A stretch of DNA of 64,000 nucleotides from an archaeon. GTDB lineage: Archaea; Undinarchaeota; Undinarchaeia; Undinarchaeales; JBDRKL01. The position numbers and the translations under genes are program-made. This document shows positions 53,723-63,063 of the stretch, one piece after another (the stretch's first letter is position 1; every line of letters begins with the position of its first letter). The DNA lies in assembly GCA_043814055.1 (NCBI GenBank), contig JBDRKL010000004.1:80518-144517 (forward strand). The letters are read 5' to 3'. The notes under the pieces are model-generated. The model was not told the origin of the DNA. It was given only the letters and a program-made list of their open reading frames with translations, and did not search any database.

Positions 53723-54458
53723 CTTTCCCCTGCGTCTTAACTTTATCCATCGCAGCCTTGATTTTTTCCTCATCTCCCAAATAATAATGCTTAATCGGCT
53801 TCAGCTCGGCATCCAGTTCATAAACCAGCGGAAACCCTGTTGGAATATTCAACTGCGTTATCTCTTCTTCTGGAACATTATCCAAGTGCTTGACCAGCGC
53901 CCTCAAACTATTCCCATGCGCAGAAATCAAAACCTTTTTCCCAGCCGTGAGCTCTGGCACAATCTCATCATTCCAATACGGCATAAATCTCTCAACTGTG
54001 TCCTTCAAGCACTCAGTCCTTGGCAATTCCTCATCGCTGAGCCCTGCATAAGCCGAGTCTGCTCTCTGCTTCTCCCACTCCTTGTCGCTCATCGCAGGTG
54101 GTCTGATATCATAACTCCTCCGCCAAATCTGAACCTGCTCTTCCCCGTGCTCCGTAGCCATCTCTGCCTTGTTCAATCCCTGCAGAGCGCCGTAGTGCCT
54201 CTCGTTCAATCTCCAACTCTTTTTGATTGGAATTCCAACAAGCCCCATTTTCTCAAGAACAATATCCAAAGTCCTAATCGCCCTTTTCTGAACTGAGGTA
54301 AATGCGATATCAAAAGTGTAATCATCTTTCAAAACTTCCGCAGCATACTCTGCCTCTTCAACACCTTTCTCGCTCAGGTCAACGTCAACCCAGCCGGTAA
54401 AGCGGTTCTCCTTGTTCCACGTGCTCTCTCCGTGGCGGAGCAGGACTAGTTTAATCAT
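53715..54458 (-). CDS. gpmA: 2,3-bisphosphoglycerate-dependent phosphoglycerate mutase
   Basis: [32 protein letters not shown]. Confidence 0.96.
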   Translation of the reverse strand: MIKLVLLRHGESTWNKENRFTGWVDVDLSEKGVEEAEYAAEVLKDDYTFDIAFTSVQKRAIRTLDIVLEKMGLVGIPIKKSWRLNERHYGALQGLNKAEMATEHGEEQVQIWRRSYDIRPPAMSDKEWEKQRADSAYAGLSDEELPRTECLKDTVERFMPYWNDEIVPELTAGKKVLISAHGNSLRALVKHLDNVPEEEITQLNIPTGFPLVYELDAELKPIKHYYLGDEEKIKAAMDKVKTQGKAK

Positions 54459-54594
54459 AAGGGGTAAGATGGAAGTTTTGCTTAATTAAAGTTTCTGTAG
54501 CCAAGCAACAACGCTGGCTTTCAAGATTTAATGTTTGAGAAAATTAGGGATGCGGCCCCGCAACGCAGAACCGCTTAGTGTTAATCTATGATAA

Positions 54595-54636
54595 TTACTT
54601 CTTCTTTTTCTTTGCTGCCTTTTTCTTTGCTGCCAT
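54595..54636 (-). CDS. Putative 13-aa lysine-rich micropeptide MAAKKKAAKKKKK
   Basis: AGGAGTGA RBS upstream; same composition as 34588-34689; not in ORF track. Confidence 0.5.
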   Translation of the reverse strand: MAAKKKAAKKKKK

Positions 54637-54729
54637 TTTGGTATTTTTCACTCCTAGGGTTTTTTTTGAATGTTCTTTTTACCCTAATCAAACTAATCAT
54701 ATTAAGCTTATAAACTTTTCTAAAAATTT

Positions 54730-55329
54730 TTATTTTCCCTTTCGGAGAATCCTGAACTTTGAGATGTAGTGCCCAGATTCCCTTGGGACTTTTTTTGATG
54801 AGAATATCTGCTGGCTCGCGAATCTTATGTCCTCAAGGGTGTAGAATGCATTTGGGTTTTGCTTGCGTATGAGCGAGGTCAAGTGGCGTATGTCCTTGCG
54901 AATTACCACTATGTAAATTACGTGCACTAGTCCGGAAGTTCCCTGCGCCTCAGAAACGGTTACCCCGTAGCCGGCCTCTTTCAGTATTTCTATAAGCTCA
55001 GTTGCGTCGCTTTTCGTGATTACCCTGACCAGCAGGGTTCCAAAAGCTATCCTCTCCTCCATATAGATTCCAATAAAGGTCCCGAATGCGAATCCGCCTG
55101 CGTATGCAAGGTAGCAAAAAATATTGGTCAGATTCTGCATTATCTGGGTTAGGGCTACAAGCCAAATAAGAACCTCAAAGAAGCCAATGACTGGCGCAAG
55201 ATTCTTGAAGCCCTTGGCCACGAAAATTATCCTCATTGTGCCCATTGAAACATCAACTACGCGGGCGAGAAATATCAGCAACGGGACAATGACGAATGCG
55301 AAGATTTCAGGTGATGCCATGATAGCCAA
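54730..55329 (-). CDS. DUF2179/DUF5698 family membrane protein
   Basis: ARVVDVSMGTMR, GFFEVLIW, YAGGFAFG, GYGVT. Confidence 0.88.
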   Translation of the reverse strand: MAIMASPEIFAFVIVPLLIFLARVVDVSMGTMRIIFVAKGFKNLAPVIGFFEVLIWLVALTQIMQNLTNIFCYLAYAGGFAFGTFIGIYMEERIAFGTLLVRVITKSDATELIEILKEAGYGVTVSEAQGTSGLVHVIYIVVIRKDIRHLTSLIRKQNPNAFYTLEDIRFASQQIFSSKKVPRESGHYISKFRILRKGK

Positions 55330-55365
55330 ATATGTCTGGGTGGTTTAAAGAGATTTTGGTCAAAC

Positions 55366-58300
55366 CTATGTGCTGTTATACGTCCAATTATAATTTTGTT
55401 CAGCTGTGAAAAAGTATCCCCAGCCTGGCTCAAGGCAGACGAAGTCGCCGCTCCACAATCCACTGCTGCGCGTTATGCTCTGGTAGCCAGTGCCAAGCAC
55501 GACGTAGCGCGCGATGGTATCGCCGTTTGACATTCCTGTTGCATTTAGTGTTGAGTTCAGGTTGCAGTCCTGTATTGCCGAAACCCATCCAACTGTGTTC
55601 ACTTCTATCTGCCCCAGTGTTGAGTTCGTCGCGCTTATCGTAACATTATTTGACCCGTTCAGCACTTCTCCGACGAGCCTGCCGTTGAGCGGGAGGTTAT
55701 TTGCCATCACATATGCACGCCCTGCAACCAAAGTTGTGAAATTTCCTTGCCAGGAGCCGTTCTTGTAGAACGCAGCCTGATACCCCGGCGGGCTTGTGCT
55801 CGTGTTATAATAAGCGATTACTGCAGAGTTTCCAGGGTCTTCAAAGAACGTGGAAGAAATGCTGGAGTTGACTGGGTTAAGCGGCAGAGAGAACAGCATC
55901 ATCTCAGTTGAGGTGCCAAGGCTCGTGGGCGTCATTGGGAGGTTGAACTTTCCCATCACGTTGGTGGTGAAGTTCAGGCTGGACCCGTTGTATGCAGCTA
56001 CTCTATAATACCTAGCACTGTACATGATTGCGTCTCCGTCGGTCCAGTTGGCATCGGAAGTGCTGTTGTATGACGCGTTGGTGGGGTTATTGAGTAGCAG
56101 AGTGGCGTTCTCGCTGTTGTAAATCCTGTACCCCTGAGCGTCTGGAACACTGCTCCAGTTCAGGACTATTGACTCGTTGTCAGAATGAAGCGCTGCAGTG
56201 AAGTTCTGCGGCATCTGCACAGATGGCGCAGGCAGGACTGTCAGATTGTAAATCGTTGCGCTGTGTGCTATGCCTGCTGAACAGCTCGTGGACACAGTGG
56301 CATTCACAGCCCCTGCGGACAGGGCGGTTATGTTCCAGTAAGTCGCTGTAATATTATCCTCTACAATGTTCCCCAGCACGTGCGTCAGATTCTCACCCGC
56401 GCTTATGTTCATTGCAGAACCGCTTATTGAAAGTGTCGCGTTGCAGCCCGTGACATTGCCGCCAGTTGCGTTTATCGTGGCATTCACGGTGAAATTGTCT
56501 GAAATGTTATACTGCGCATTCTCCGCAGGATGAGTTATGTTGACTGACGCGGTTCCGTAGTAAGCGCTCACGTTTATCATCACAGCGGCTTCAGTATAAT
56601 CTGAGTAAAAGTTCTCCCCTGGCTCGCAGTATCCCTGATATCCATTTCCTGTGACGCGCAGTTCCTGCAGACCTGGCGTTGCGTTCTGTGGTATAGTGAG
56701 GTTCGCTGTCATTACATAGAAGTGAGGCTTCAGTGTTTCAGATGCACTGGTGTTGCCAGCCATTACCAGGGTCGTGTTGTTCAAAAAGAACGCCCAGTGG
56801 CAGGGTATTACGCTCTGGTCGTGATAGCCGTACCAATATATTGTCGCTTCTATGGTTCCGTTTTGTTTCGGGCTGGAATTGCTCACAGAGAAATTCACAA
56901 CATCATATATTGAGTTGAAGGACGTGCACGAATGCGTGGATGAATTGGTCAGTGCTATCGGCTCTGCTGACGCAGTAAGGAAGAGCCAGGCCTGCTTCTC
57001 GTCAGGCGCGGTGACGCGGACTGAGTATATGCCAAAGCTCTCGGTTGTGAAATTGTAGTAAGCCACGCCCCCTGCAGTGGCTGACGAATTGTTGTAAAGC
57101 GATAGTGACTGGGTTGCGTTTATTCTCTTGAACCCCAGCTGGGAAGCATTGGACGTTGCCAGGACTGAAACGTTTGCGCTCTCATTCCAGTATACTGGGA
57201 TATTGCTTGAGTCAGACATGCTTATGTTCGAGTCGCTGCCGAGCGCCGCAACATTCAGCGAGTAGCTCGTGTTCTGCTGCTGAGCCGGCAGCCGAAGCGC
57301 AGGGTCGCCGAGTAGCGCGAACAGGAAGATTGTGCGCTCGTCCAGATTCATCTCAGGATTGTGGTTCGCTATAAAATAATCAAGCCCGCCCTTTGCCATT
57401 GCGCCGAGCGTGTTGTTCCCAGCGTGGTAGGCGTCAAAAATATATGTTATGATGGCTTCCATGTATGAGTGCGCGGTTATGTTAAGCACGCCGTTGTCAA
57501 AATGGTATGTGGGCGTTCCGCTGGTGGTCCTGCTCCCGCCAATGTACGCTATACCGCCAGCCTCAGAGAGCAAAAACGCTTCGCCGATTGATATGTTGTT
57601 GTAAGACGGGACATAGAGGTTCGTGTCAAAAGCGCCTGCGTCGCAGGACAGCGAGACTATAACTGGCACTCGTGAATTGTTGGAAAACGCCATAACATCA
57701 GCCAGTGTCAGGTATGGTGAAGAGGTCTGGAAGTACTGGCCGTTGCTGTGGCTGAACAGGTAGAACATTCCATAGCTTTCGTTCACCAGCGCGTTGCCTA
57801 TGTGTGTGCCTGTGAAATTGCCGTCAGTCTTGAAGAAGCGGGTTATGTTCATTCCGCTGAGCGCATTCCTGTTCACCACCTCCTGGACTATCATCTCGCC
57901 CTCGTGATATGTCCTGTAGTTAGGCGTGCCAGCGGCAAGGCCCACATTCTTGAACCAGTCCCAGGAAACCGTGGAGTTCCACGCAATTATCTTCTGCACA
58001 GTGTGGTTGGCCTGCGTGGTATTATTGACCGGCAATCTGCCGACCATGTAGGACGTGTCAAAGTTGTAGTCAGGCGAGGAGTAAAAAAAGTCAGTAGGAA
58101 CCCACTTGTCATAAGTCGCAGAGGCGGACGAGTACGCGTAATAGCTCGGCGGCACCTGAAGCCCGTTCCCGAAGAGCGTCACGTACTCAAGGTTGGGGTG
58201 CGCAGTGGTGTTGTTCAGGAAAGATACAATGCGGAGGGCGAGCGTGTAATTATAATTGGTTATGTTGCCTATCCCGCCAAGCGATGAGTTGCTGTAGCCA

Positions 58301-58518
58301 GTGAAAGGCGGGTCTGATGCGTTCGCGTAATTTTCATATACCCACGTGGTGTTCACAACTGTCGTGTTAATACCGTCTGAGGTGTGAAAATCCGCGAGGT
58401 CCTGCGCGTAGTCATAAAATTCAGGCGGGGTTATTATAACGTTTTCCTCTGTGAATGCAAACGCGGGGCTCAGAAATAGGAGTAGTGGGATTAATAGCAG
58501 TATCCAGGTCTTTTGCAT
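55366..58518 (-). CDS. Secreted peptidase C25 (gingipain-like) with C-terminal Ig/FN3-like domains
   Basis: VTLFG, VPTDFFY, VGRLP, FSHS, SLSCDAGAFD, IAYIG, LLGDPAL. Confidence 0.82.
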   Translation of the reverse strand: MQKTWILLLIPLLLFLSPAFAFTEENVIITPPEFYDYAQDLADFHTSDGINTTVVNTTWVYENYANASDPPFTGYSNSSLGGIGNITNYNYTLALRIVSFLNNTTAHPNLEYVTLFGNGLQVPPSYYAYSSASATYDKWVPTDFFYSSPDYNFDTSYMVGRLPVNNTTQANHTVQKIIAWNSTVSWDWFKNVGLAAGTPNYRTYHEGEMIVQEVVNRNALSGMNITRFFKTDGNFTGTHIGNALVNESYGMFYLFSHSNGQYFQTSSPYLTLADVMAFSNNSRVPVIVSLSCDAGAFDTNLYVPSYNNISIGEAFLLSEAGGIAYIGGSRTTSGTPTYHFDNGVLNITAHSYMEAIITYIFDAYHAGNNTLGAMAKGGLDYFIANHNPEMNLDERTIFLFALLGDPALRLPAQQQNTSYSLNVAALGSDSNISMSDSSNIPVYWNESANVSVLATSNASQLGFKRINATQSLSLYNNSSATAGGVAYYNFTTESFGIYSVRVTAPDEKQAWLFLTASAEPIALTNSSTHSCTSFNSIYDVVNFSVSNSSPKQNGTIEATIYWYGYHDQSVIPCHWAFFLNNTTLVMAGNTSASETLKPHFYVMTANLTIPQNATPGLQELRVTGNGYQGYCEPGENFYSDYTEAAVMINVSAYYGTASVNITHPAENAQYNISDNFTVNATINATGGNVTGCNATLSISGSAMNISAGENLTHVLGNIVEDNITATYWNITALSAGAVNATVSTSCSAGIAHSATIYNLTVLPAPSVQMPQNFTAALHSDNESIVLNWSSVPDAQGYRIYNSENATLLLNNPTNASYNSTSDANWTDGDAIMYSARYYRVAAYNGSSLNFTTNVMGKFNLPMTPTSLGTSTEMMLFSLPLNPVNSSISSTFFEDPGNSAVIAYYNTSTSPPGYQAAFYKNGSWQGNFTTLVAGRAYVMANNLPLNGRLVGEVLNGSNNVTISATNSTLGQIEVNTVGWVSAIQDCNLNSTLNATGMSNGDTIARYVVLGTGYQSITRSSGLWSGDFVCLEPGWGYFFTAEQNYNWTYNST

Positions 58519-58554
58519 GAAATTTCATATGCCAGCGGACTATAAAAATTTGTC

Positions 58555-59034
58555 CTAATTCAGCGCCCAAATACTATAATTTAGTAACGCGGCAAAACTC
58601 ACCCAGGCGATATATGGGATTAAAAGATATGCTACCCTTTTGTCCACCTTGTAGAAAATCCAAATCGTTGCGAATATCGCAATCCAGAGCAGGAATATTT
58701 CAGCCAAGGCAAGCAACGGATTCTGGAGTCCGAAGAAGAATATTGACCAGAGCACGTTTAGCACAAGCTGAGCTGCGAATATTGAAACGCCCTGCTTAAC
58801 CTCGTGCTTTTCAAACCCTTTCACCCAAATCAAATAAAGCGAAACCCCCATCAGCACGAACAGCGTTGTCCATACCGGCGCGAAAATCCAGTTCGGCGGG
58901 TTAAAGCTCGGCTTTGCGAGCGCTGCGTACCAAGTTCCAATGTTTGGAGTTGTGAAGAAAGAGCCGATTATTCCAGCGAGCTGGCACACAGCGAGTGATA
59001 AGACAAGTTTCTTGTAGTCAACATTCATGTTCAA
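58555..59034 (-). CDS. tspO: TspO/MBR family protein
   Basis: WYAALAKPSFNPPNWIFAPVWT, LNVLWS..FF, PYIAWVSFA. Confidence 0.95.
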   Translation of the reverse strand: MNMNVDYKKLVLSLAVCQLAGIIGSFFTTPNIGTWYAALAKPSFNPPNWIFAPVWTTLFVLMGVSLYLIWVKGFEKHEVKQGVSIFAAQLVLNVLWSIFFFGLQNPLLALAEIFLLWIAIFATIWIFYKVDKRVAYLLIPYIAWVSFAALLNYSIWALN

Positions 59035-59082
59035 TGGTAAGGAAGCAAATTATTTATACTCTATTGTGTTGTATCTGAATCA

Positions 59083-59559
59083 ATGAAACACTCCCTGAAA
59101 ATTGGATTCTGCTTCGGACTCACGTCCGGCATAATAACAACTTTGGGTTTAATGGTCGGCTTGCACGCTGGCACGCACTCAACACTCGTCGTGATAGGTG
59201 GCATTCTCACAATCGCAATCGCGGACGCATTCTCAGACGCGCTCGGCATCCACATCTCAGAGGAGTCCGAGAACAAGCACACCCCCCGCGAAATCTGGGA
59301 GGCAACTCTCTCAACTTTCTTCTCAAAGCTTTGCTTCGCCCTAACTTTTCTAATACCCGTGCTACTCCTTGATTTGTCAACAGCGATATGGGTGAGCATT
59401 GCCTGGGGTCTATTAGTTCTTGCGCTCGCGAGCTACGCGATAGGTCGGGCTGAGACAACAAAAACCTGGCACGTTGTTGCAGAGCACCTGCTCATCGCAG
59501 TTGTGGTCATAATCATCGCGCACTTCGTCGGCGACTGGATTGGCACGGTGTTTGTTTAA
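59083..59559 (+). CDS. VIT1/CCC1-like membrane protein
   Basis: FGLTSGIITTLG, IADAFSDALG. Confidence 0.82.
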   Translation: MKHSLKIGFCFGLTSGIITTLGLMVGLHAGTHSTLVVIGGILTIAIADAFSDALGIHISEESENKHTPREIWEATLSTFFSKLCFALTFLIPVLLLDLSTAIWVSIAWGLLVLALASYAIGRAETTKTWHVVAEHLLIAVVVIIIAHFVGDWIGTVFV

Positions 59560-59604
59560 AGCAAATTATTTATATGCAGCTCGCGATTTAATCCGCACAA
59601 CATT

Positions 59605-59678
59605 GGGACTGTAGCTCAGCCCGGGAGAGCACCAGACTGAAGATCTGGGTGTCGGGTGTTCAAATCACCCCTGTCCCA
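59605..59678 (+). tRNA. tRNA-Phe(GAA), CCA not encoded
   Basis: GGGACTG/CTGTCCC (U6-U67 mismatch), CCAGA-CTGAAGA-TCTGG, GGGTG-TTCAAAT-CACCC. Confidence 0.93.
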
Positions 59679-59693
59679 CTCAAACCCTTTCTG

Positions 59694-59820
59694 GACCAAA
59701 GGCATTCAAATAGCTCAGTAGCGCTGCAGCATCATTGATTTTATGCACCGCAAAGTGCAAACACGCAAAGCGTGTTGCGCCACACACTTTGTGTGTGCGC
59801 GCCAGCCGATTTTGCGGCTG
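59694..59820 (+). repeat. Composite multi-hairpin repeat element
   Basis: GACCAAAGGCA start, AGTA, stem GCGCTGCA/TGCACCGC with 15-nt loop, linker AAAGTGC, two extra hairpins, GCGCCAGCCGATTTTGCGGCTG (59799-820) identical to reverse complement of 63064-85. Confidence 0.85.
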
Positions 59821-59860
59821 CACCACTACCTTTTTATATCCAATCAGCTTACCCCCCTCT

Positions 59861-60634
59861 ATGACCCGGCTCATAGCTGTCGCCTCTGGGAAAGGCGGCG
59901 TTGGGAAGACAACTTCTACTGTAAACATCGGAGCAGCCCTGGCCAAATTTGGCAGAAATGTGATAGTTCTTGACGCGAACCTCACCACTCCTAACGTTGG
60001 CCTGCACCTTGGAATGCACGGTCCTCTCACAACCCTGAACGATGTAATTGAAGGCAAGGCAACAATCACGGACGCAATCTACCTGCACCACAGCGGCCTC
60101 CGCGTTATCCCTGCCGGCATCAGCCTGAGGCATTTGAAATCCGCTGATCCTGCGCGCCTCTGGGACATTATGCTGGACCTCTTCGGCTCTGCAGAAGTAG
60201 TGCTTTTAGACACTCCCGCTGGATTAGAATCAGGAGCAAAAGCAGTGCTGGACGCGGCAGAGGAAGTCCTAATCATAACAAACCCTGAAGTGCCTGCAGT
60301 CACGGACGCGTTAAAAACAATCAGAGTCGCGAAGCACTCCGGCGCCCAGCCAATCGGGGTTGTAATCAACAAAGTAACCAACGACCACGGTGAGATGAGC
60401 AAGGAAGAGGTTGAGGCAATGCTAGACCTTCCTGTAATTGCGCAAATCCCTTTTGACAAGGAAATTACCCGCTCAATAAAAATGAAGAGCCCCATAGTTC
60501 TCCGCTATCCAACGAGCCCTGCGGCCAAGGCGTACACAAAGCTCTCCGCAGACCTGGTGGGCATTGAGCACGAGATAAAAGCAGAAGGCTGGGGCGCGGT
60601 GCACTTCCTCAAAAAACTCTTTGGAGTAAACTAA
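59861..60634 (+). CDS. minD: MinD/ParA family ATPase
   Basis: SGKGGVGKTT, LDANL, LDTPAG, NPE..AVTDA; start 59861. Confidence 0.92.
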   Translation: MTRLIAVASGKGGVGKTTSTVNIGAALAKFGRNVIVLDANLTTPNVGLHLGMHGPLTTLNDVIEGKATITDAIYLHHSGLRVIPAGISLRHLKSADPARLWDIMLDLFGSAEVVLLDTPAGLESGAKAVLDAAEEVLIITNPEVPAVTDALKTIRVAKHSGAQPIGVVINKVTNDHGEMSKEEVEAMLDLPVIAQIPFDKEITRSIKMKSPIVLRYPTSPAAKAYTKLSADLVGIEHEIKAEGWGAVHFLKKLFGVN

Positions 60635-60635
60635 G

Positions 60636-61397
60636 ATGATACTCGGCTTCAAGGAAATCTACGGCTTCACAGCCATGGATTCAAATGGGAAGAAGCTTGG
60701 GAAGCTTTTCAACGTGATAGTGGACGCGGAATCCGAGGACGCTTATTTCTACCTGAGCAGCAGGGCGGGCACAATGCCGCTCAGCGGGCTTGCGAAAAAG
60801 AACTACTTCGCCTCAATCAATAAACTTGGATCCATAAATCACAGCGACAAAACGCTCAAGTTCAGCGCCTCTGCTGAAAAACTTAATCATAATCCTCCTG
60901 CAGCGTCGCTCTACGATCACCTGACTTTTGTTCCTCCTGCTCCGCTGGAGTTGATGGGCATCCACGAAGGCACGCGCGTCTACGATGCGCGGAAGAAGCT
61001 CTCCGGGGTTGTGTATGACTACCTGCTTGACAATGAGCTCGGCAAGCGCATTGGAATAGTGATAGTCCCGCTCAAGGAGCTCCACACCTCAGTGAACGTG
61101 AAGCCGCGCATCAAGCCGGGCACTACATACGCAGCTGACCTGGCGCACCTAAGATTGTTCCGCAACCGCGCTCACAACTACATAGTCATAGACCAGTCCT
61201 TCAGCCAGATAAAGTGGATTTCCGGAGTGCCGGACTATTCTAGTGTAGAGTCATCAGCGCCGGACAACTCGCTTGCAACCTACATAGATGGGCACCTAAA
61301 GCAGGGGTACTCCCCCGAGGACATTGAGGCGAGCTTAATTGAGGCTGGCTGGGACGAGAAAACTGTTTCTGAAGCGATAAAAAGGATGGGATTTTAA
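60636..61397 (+). CDS. Protein with two PRC-barrel-like repeats and a C-terminal helical domain
   Basis: IYGFTAMDSNGKKLGKL..IVD and GTRVYDARKKLSGVV.DYLLD; YI..L.QGYS.EDI..L.AGW tail. Confidence 0.6.
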   Translation: MILGFKEIYGFTAMDSNGKKLGKLFNVIVDAESEDAYFYLSSRAGTMPLSGLAKKNYFASINKLGSINHSDKTLKFSASAEKLNHNPPAASLYDHLTFVPPAPLELMGIHEGTRVYDARKKLSGVVYDYLLDNELGKRIGIVIVPLKELHTSVNVKPRIKPGTTYAADLAHLRLFRNRAHNYIVIDQSFSQIKWISGVPDYSSVESSAPDNSLATYIDGHLKQGYSPEDIEASLIEAGWDEKTVSEAIKRMGF

Positions 61398-63035
61398 TTA
61401 TCTCAACCCTTCAACATCAAACTCAAACAACGTAACAGGATATTCTATACCAAAGTGCGACAAAACATCAGGGCTAACTTCTCCAAAAACTCCAATCACC
61501 TTGTTCCCAACGAGAACTTCCACTACCCTGCCTGGGATGAAAGTTCCATACTCGCACTCCCTGATTGAGTACTTCTTCCCAATATTGTTCAGGAACGCCT
61601 CAACATTCGCCTTTGCCTCTGAGTAGTTCGCTTCCGAATGCAAAATTCCTCCTCCAATTCTCCACACGTTCTTTGCGCCGGTCTCAAACTTGCTGTCCAG
61701 CTGAACCGTGATTCCAATTTCAAAGAGCTTCTGCGGCATTTCCGAGCTCGCGTTCTCCGAGAAGTTCTGCAAGAGCCCAGGGAGCAGTGAAGACCTGCAT
61801 ATCGTGTACTCAACAGTTCTTGGATTCTTAATCTCCGCGACAGGGGTTTCTGGCAAATGCGCTTTTGTGAATTCTTTCTCCTTGTTTGAAAGCACGAAAT
61901 TCACTCCCTCCTGGAACCCAAGCCCAACCATCAAAGTTCTCAGCGTGTTCGCTAACTCGTTCCTCGCGTTCGGCTTTCCAATAGTCCCAATCTCAGGAAG
62001 CCGCGGCTCAAACTTGTCATACCCGTGCCCAACTGCAATGTCCTCAACAATATCAATCGGATGCATCACGTCCATCCTGTACGCTGGCACAATCGCATCC
62101 TTGCCGTCAAACCCAACGCGCATCTTCTCAAGTGCTGCCTTTACTTCGCCCGGCTTCATGTTCAGGTCAAGCAATTTGTTAACATAATTCAAATCCAGTT
62201 TCATCCTCTGCGGGGTCAAGTCAGGGGTTGTAACAACTTTCTTATCAGGATAAATCGCCTTCACTTCATAAATCTCAGCGCCCCTGTCTGCAAGCGCAGT
62301 TGTAACCACGTTCATCATTTCCATAACTGGTTTCCACGCGGTTCCGGTAACCTCTATGAACATGTTCTCAGTGTCTTCTCGTATCCTGCCGAACTGCGCG
62401 TTCGTGTAAGGAAGAACAGCCATTGTGTTTCCTTTCGCGTCAATGTAAGCAGGGTATTCCTTCCAGTTCTCTGCGAGGTGCTTGTATTCCTGCCCCTTCG
62501 GATGTTGCTCCTCAACCTCTTTCACAGTCATTTCATCATTAAACAAAAGCGGAGTGAACTTGTAATCCGGCTTCACAGTTGTGTATTTCACAGGGAAATT
62601 AATATCCCCTAGGTGATATGTTCCCATAGCGGCTTTCTTTCGGTTTCTTCCAATTGTGAAAGTCAATTTATCCTGGAGTTGCATGAACCCTGCAACAGTT
62701 TCCTCAGTGAACTTGTAGCCCTTAACAACTGCAAATGCGGCGCAGCCTCTTGTTCCCAGCACGCTCTTGTCAACGTGAACGTCATATTTTGACTTCTTTA
62801 CTTCATACTCTGGCAGACCTTTCTTAACGCCCAAAAAGCCCTGCACGCCCCGCGCGAACCCTTCAATTGAGTACATGTCCGGCCTGTCAGGCGTAATGTC
62901 AAACGATACAGTTTCCTCGTCAAGCCCTTCAAGTGTAAAGCCCATCATCGGCAGAACGTCAGAGTACTCACGCTTAGTGAGCGTCTTTCCTATAAGCCCT
63001 TCCAAATCTACGCGGTTGAAATTTAATACTGCCAT
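61398..63035 (-). CDS. pheT: Phenylalanyl-tRNA synthetase beta subunit
   Basis: DITPDRPDMYS, YRMDVMHPIDIVED, GEVSP. Confidence 0.96.
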   Translation of the reverse strand: MAVLNFNRVDLEGLIGKTLTKREYSDVLPMMGFTLEGLDEETVSFDITPDRPDMYSIEGFARGVQGFLGVKKGLPEYEVKKSKYDVHVDKSVLGTRGCAAFAVVKGYKFTEETVAGFMQLQDKLTFTIGRNRKKAAMGTYHLGDINFPVKYTTVKPDYKFTPLLFNDEMTVKEVEEQHPKGQEYKHLAENWKEYPAYIDAKGNTMAVLPYTNAQFGRIREDTENMFIEVTGTAWKPVMEMMNVVTTALADRGAEIYEVKAIYPDKKVVTTPDLTPQRMKLDLNYVNKLLDLNMKPGEVKAALEKMRVGFDGKDAIVPAYRMDVMHPIDIVEDIAVGHGYDKFEPRLPEIGTIGKPNARNELANTLRTLMVGLGFQEGVNFVLSNKEKEFTKAHLPETPVAEIKNPRTVEYTICRSSLLPGLLQNFSENASSEMPQKLFEIGITVQLDSKFETGAKNVWRIGGGILHSEANYSEAKANVEAFLNNIGKKYSIRECEYGTFIPGRVVEVLVGNKVIGVFGEVSPDVLSHFGIEYPVTLFEFDVEGLR

Positions 63036-63040
63036 TTTAG

Positions 63041-63063
63041 ATGTACGCTGTCTCCCTCAGCCA
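63041..63063 (-). pseudogene. Displaced duplicate of pheS 3' end
   Basis: ATGTACGCTGTCTCCCTCAGCCA identical to 63154-63176; ends ATC TAA one base before pheT ATG. Confidence 0.9.

Noticed and set aside
59735-59860. N-terminal extension of minD in the ORF track
   Set aside because: Translation of the hairpin element; a TATA-like box lies downstream of it, before ATG 59861
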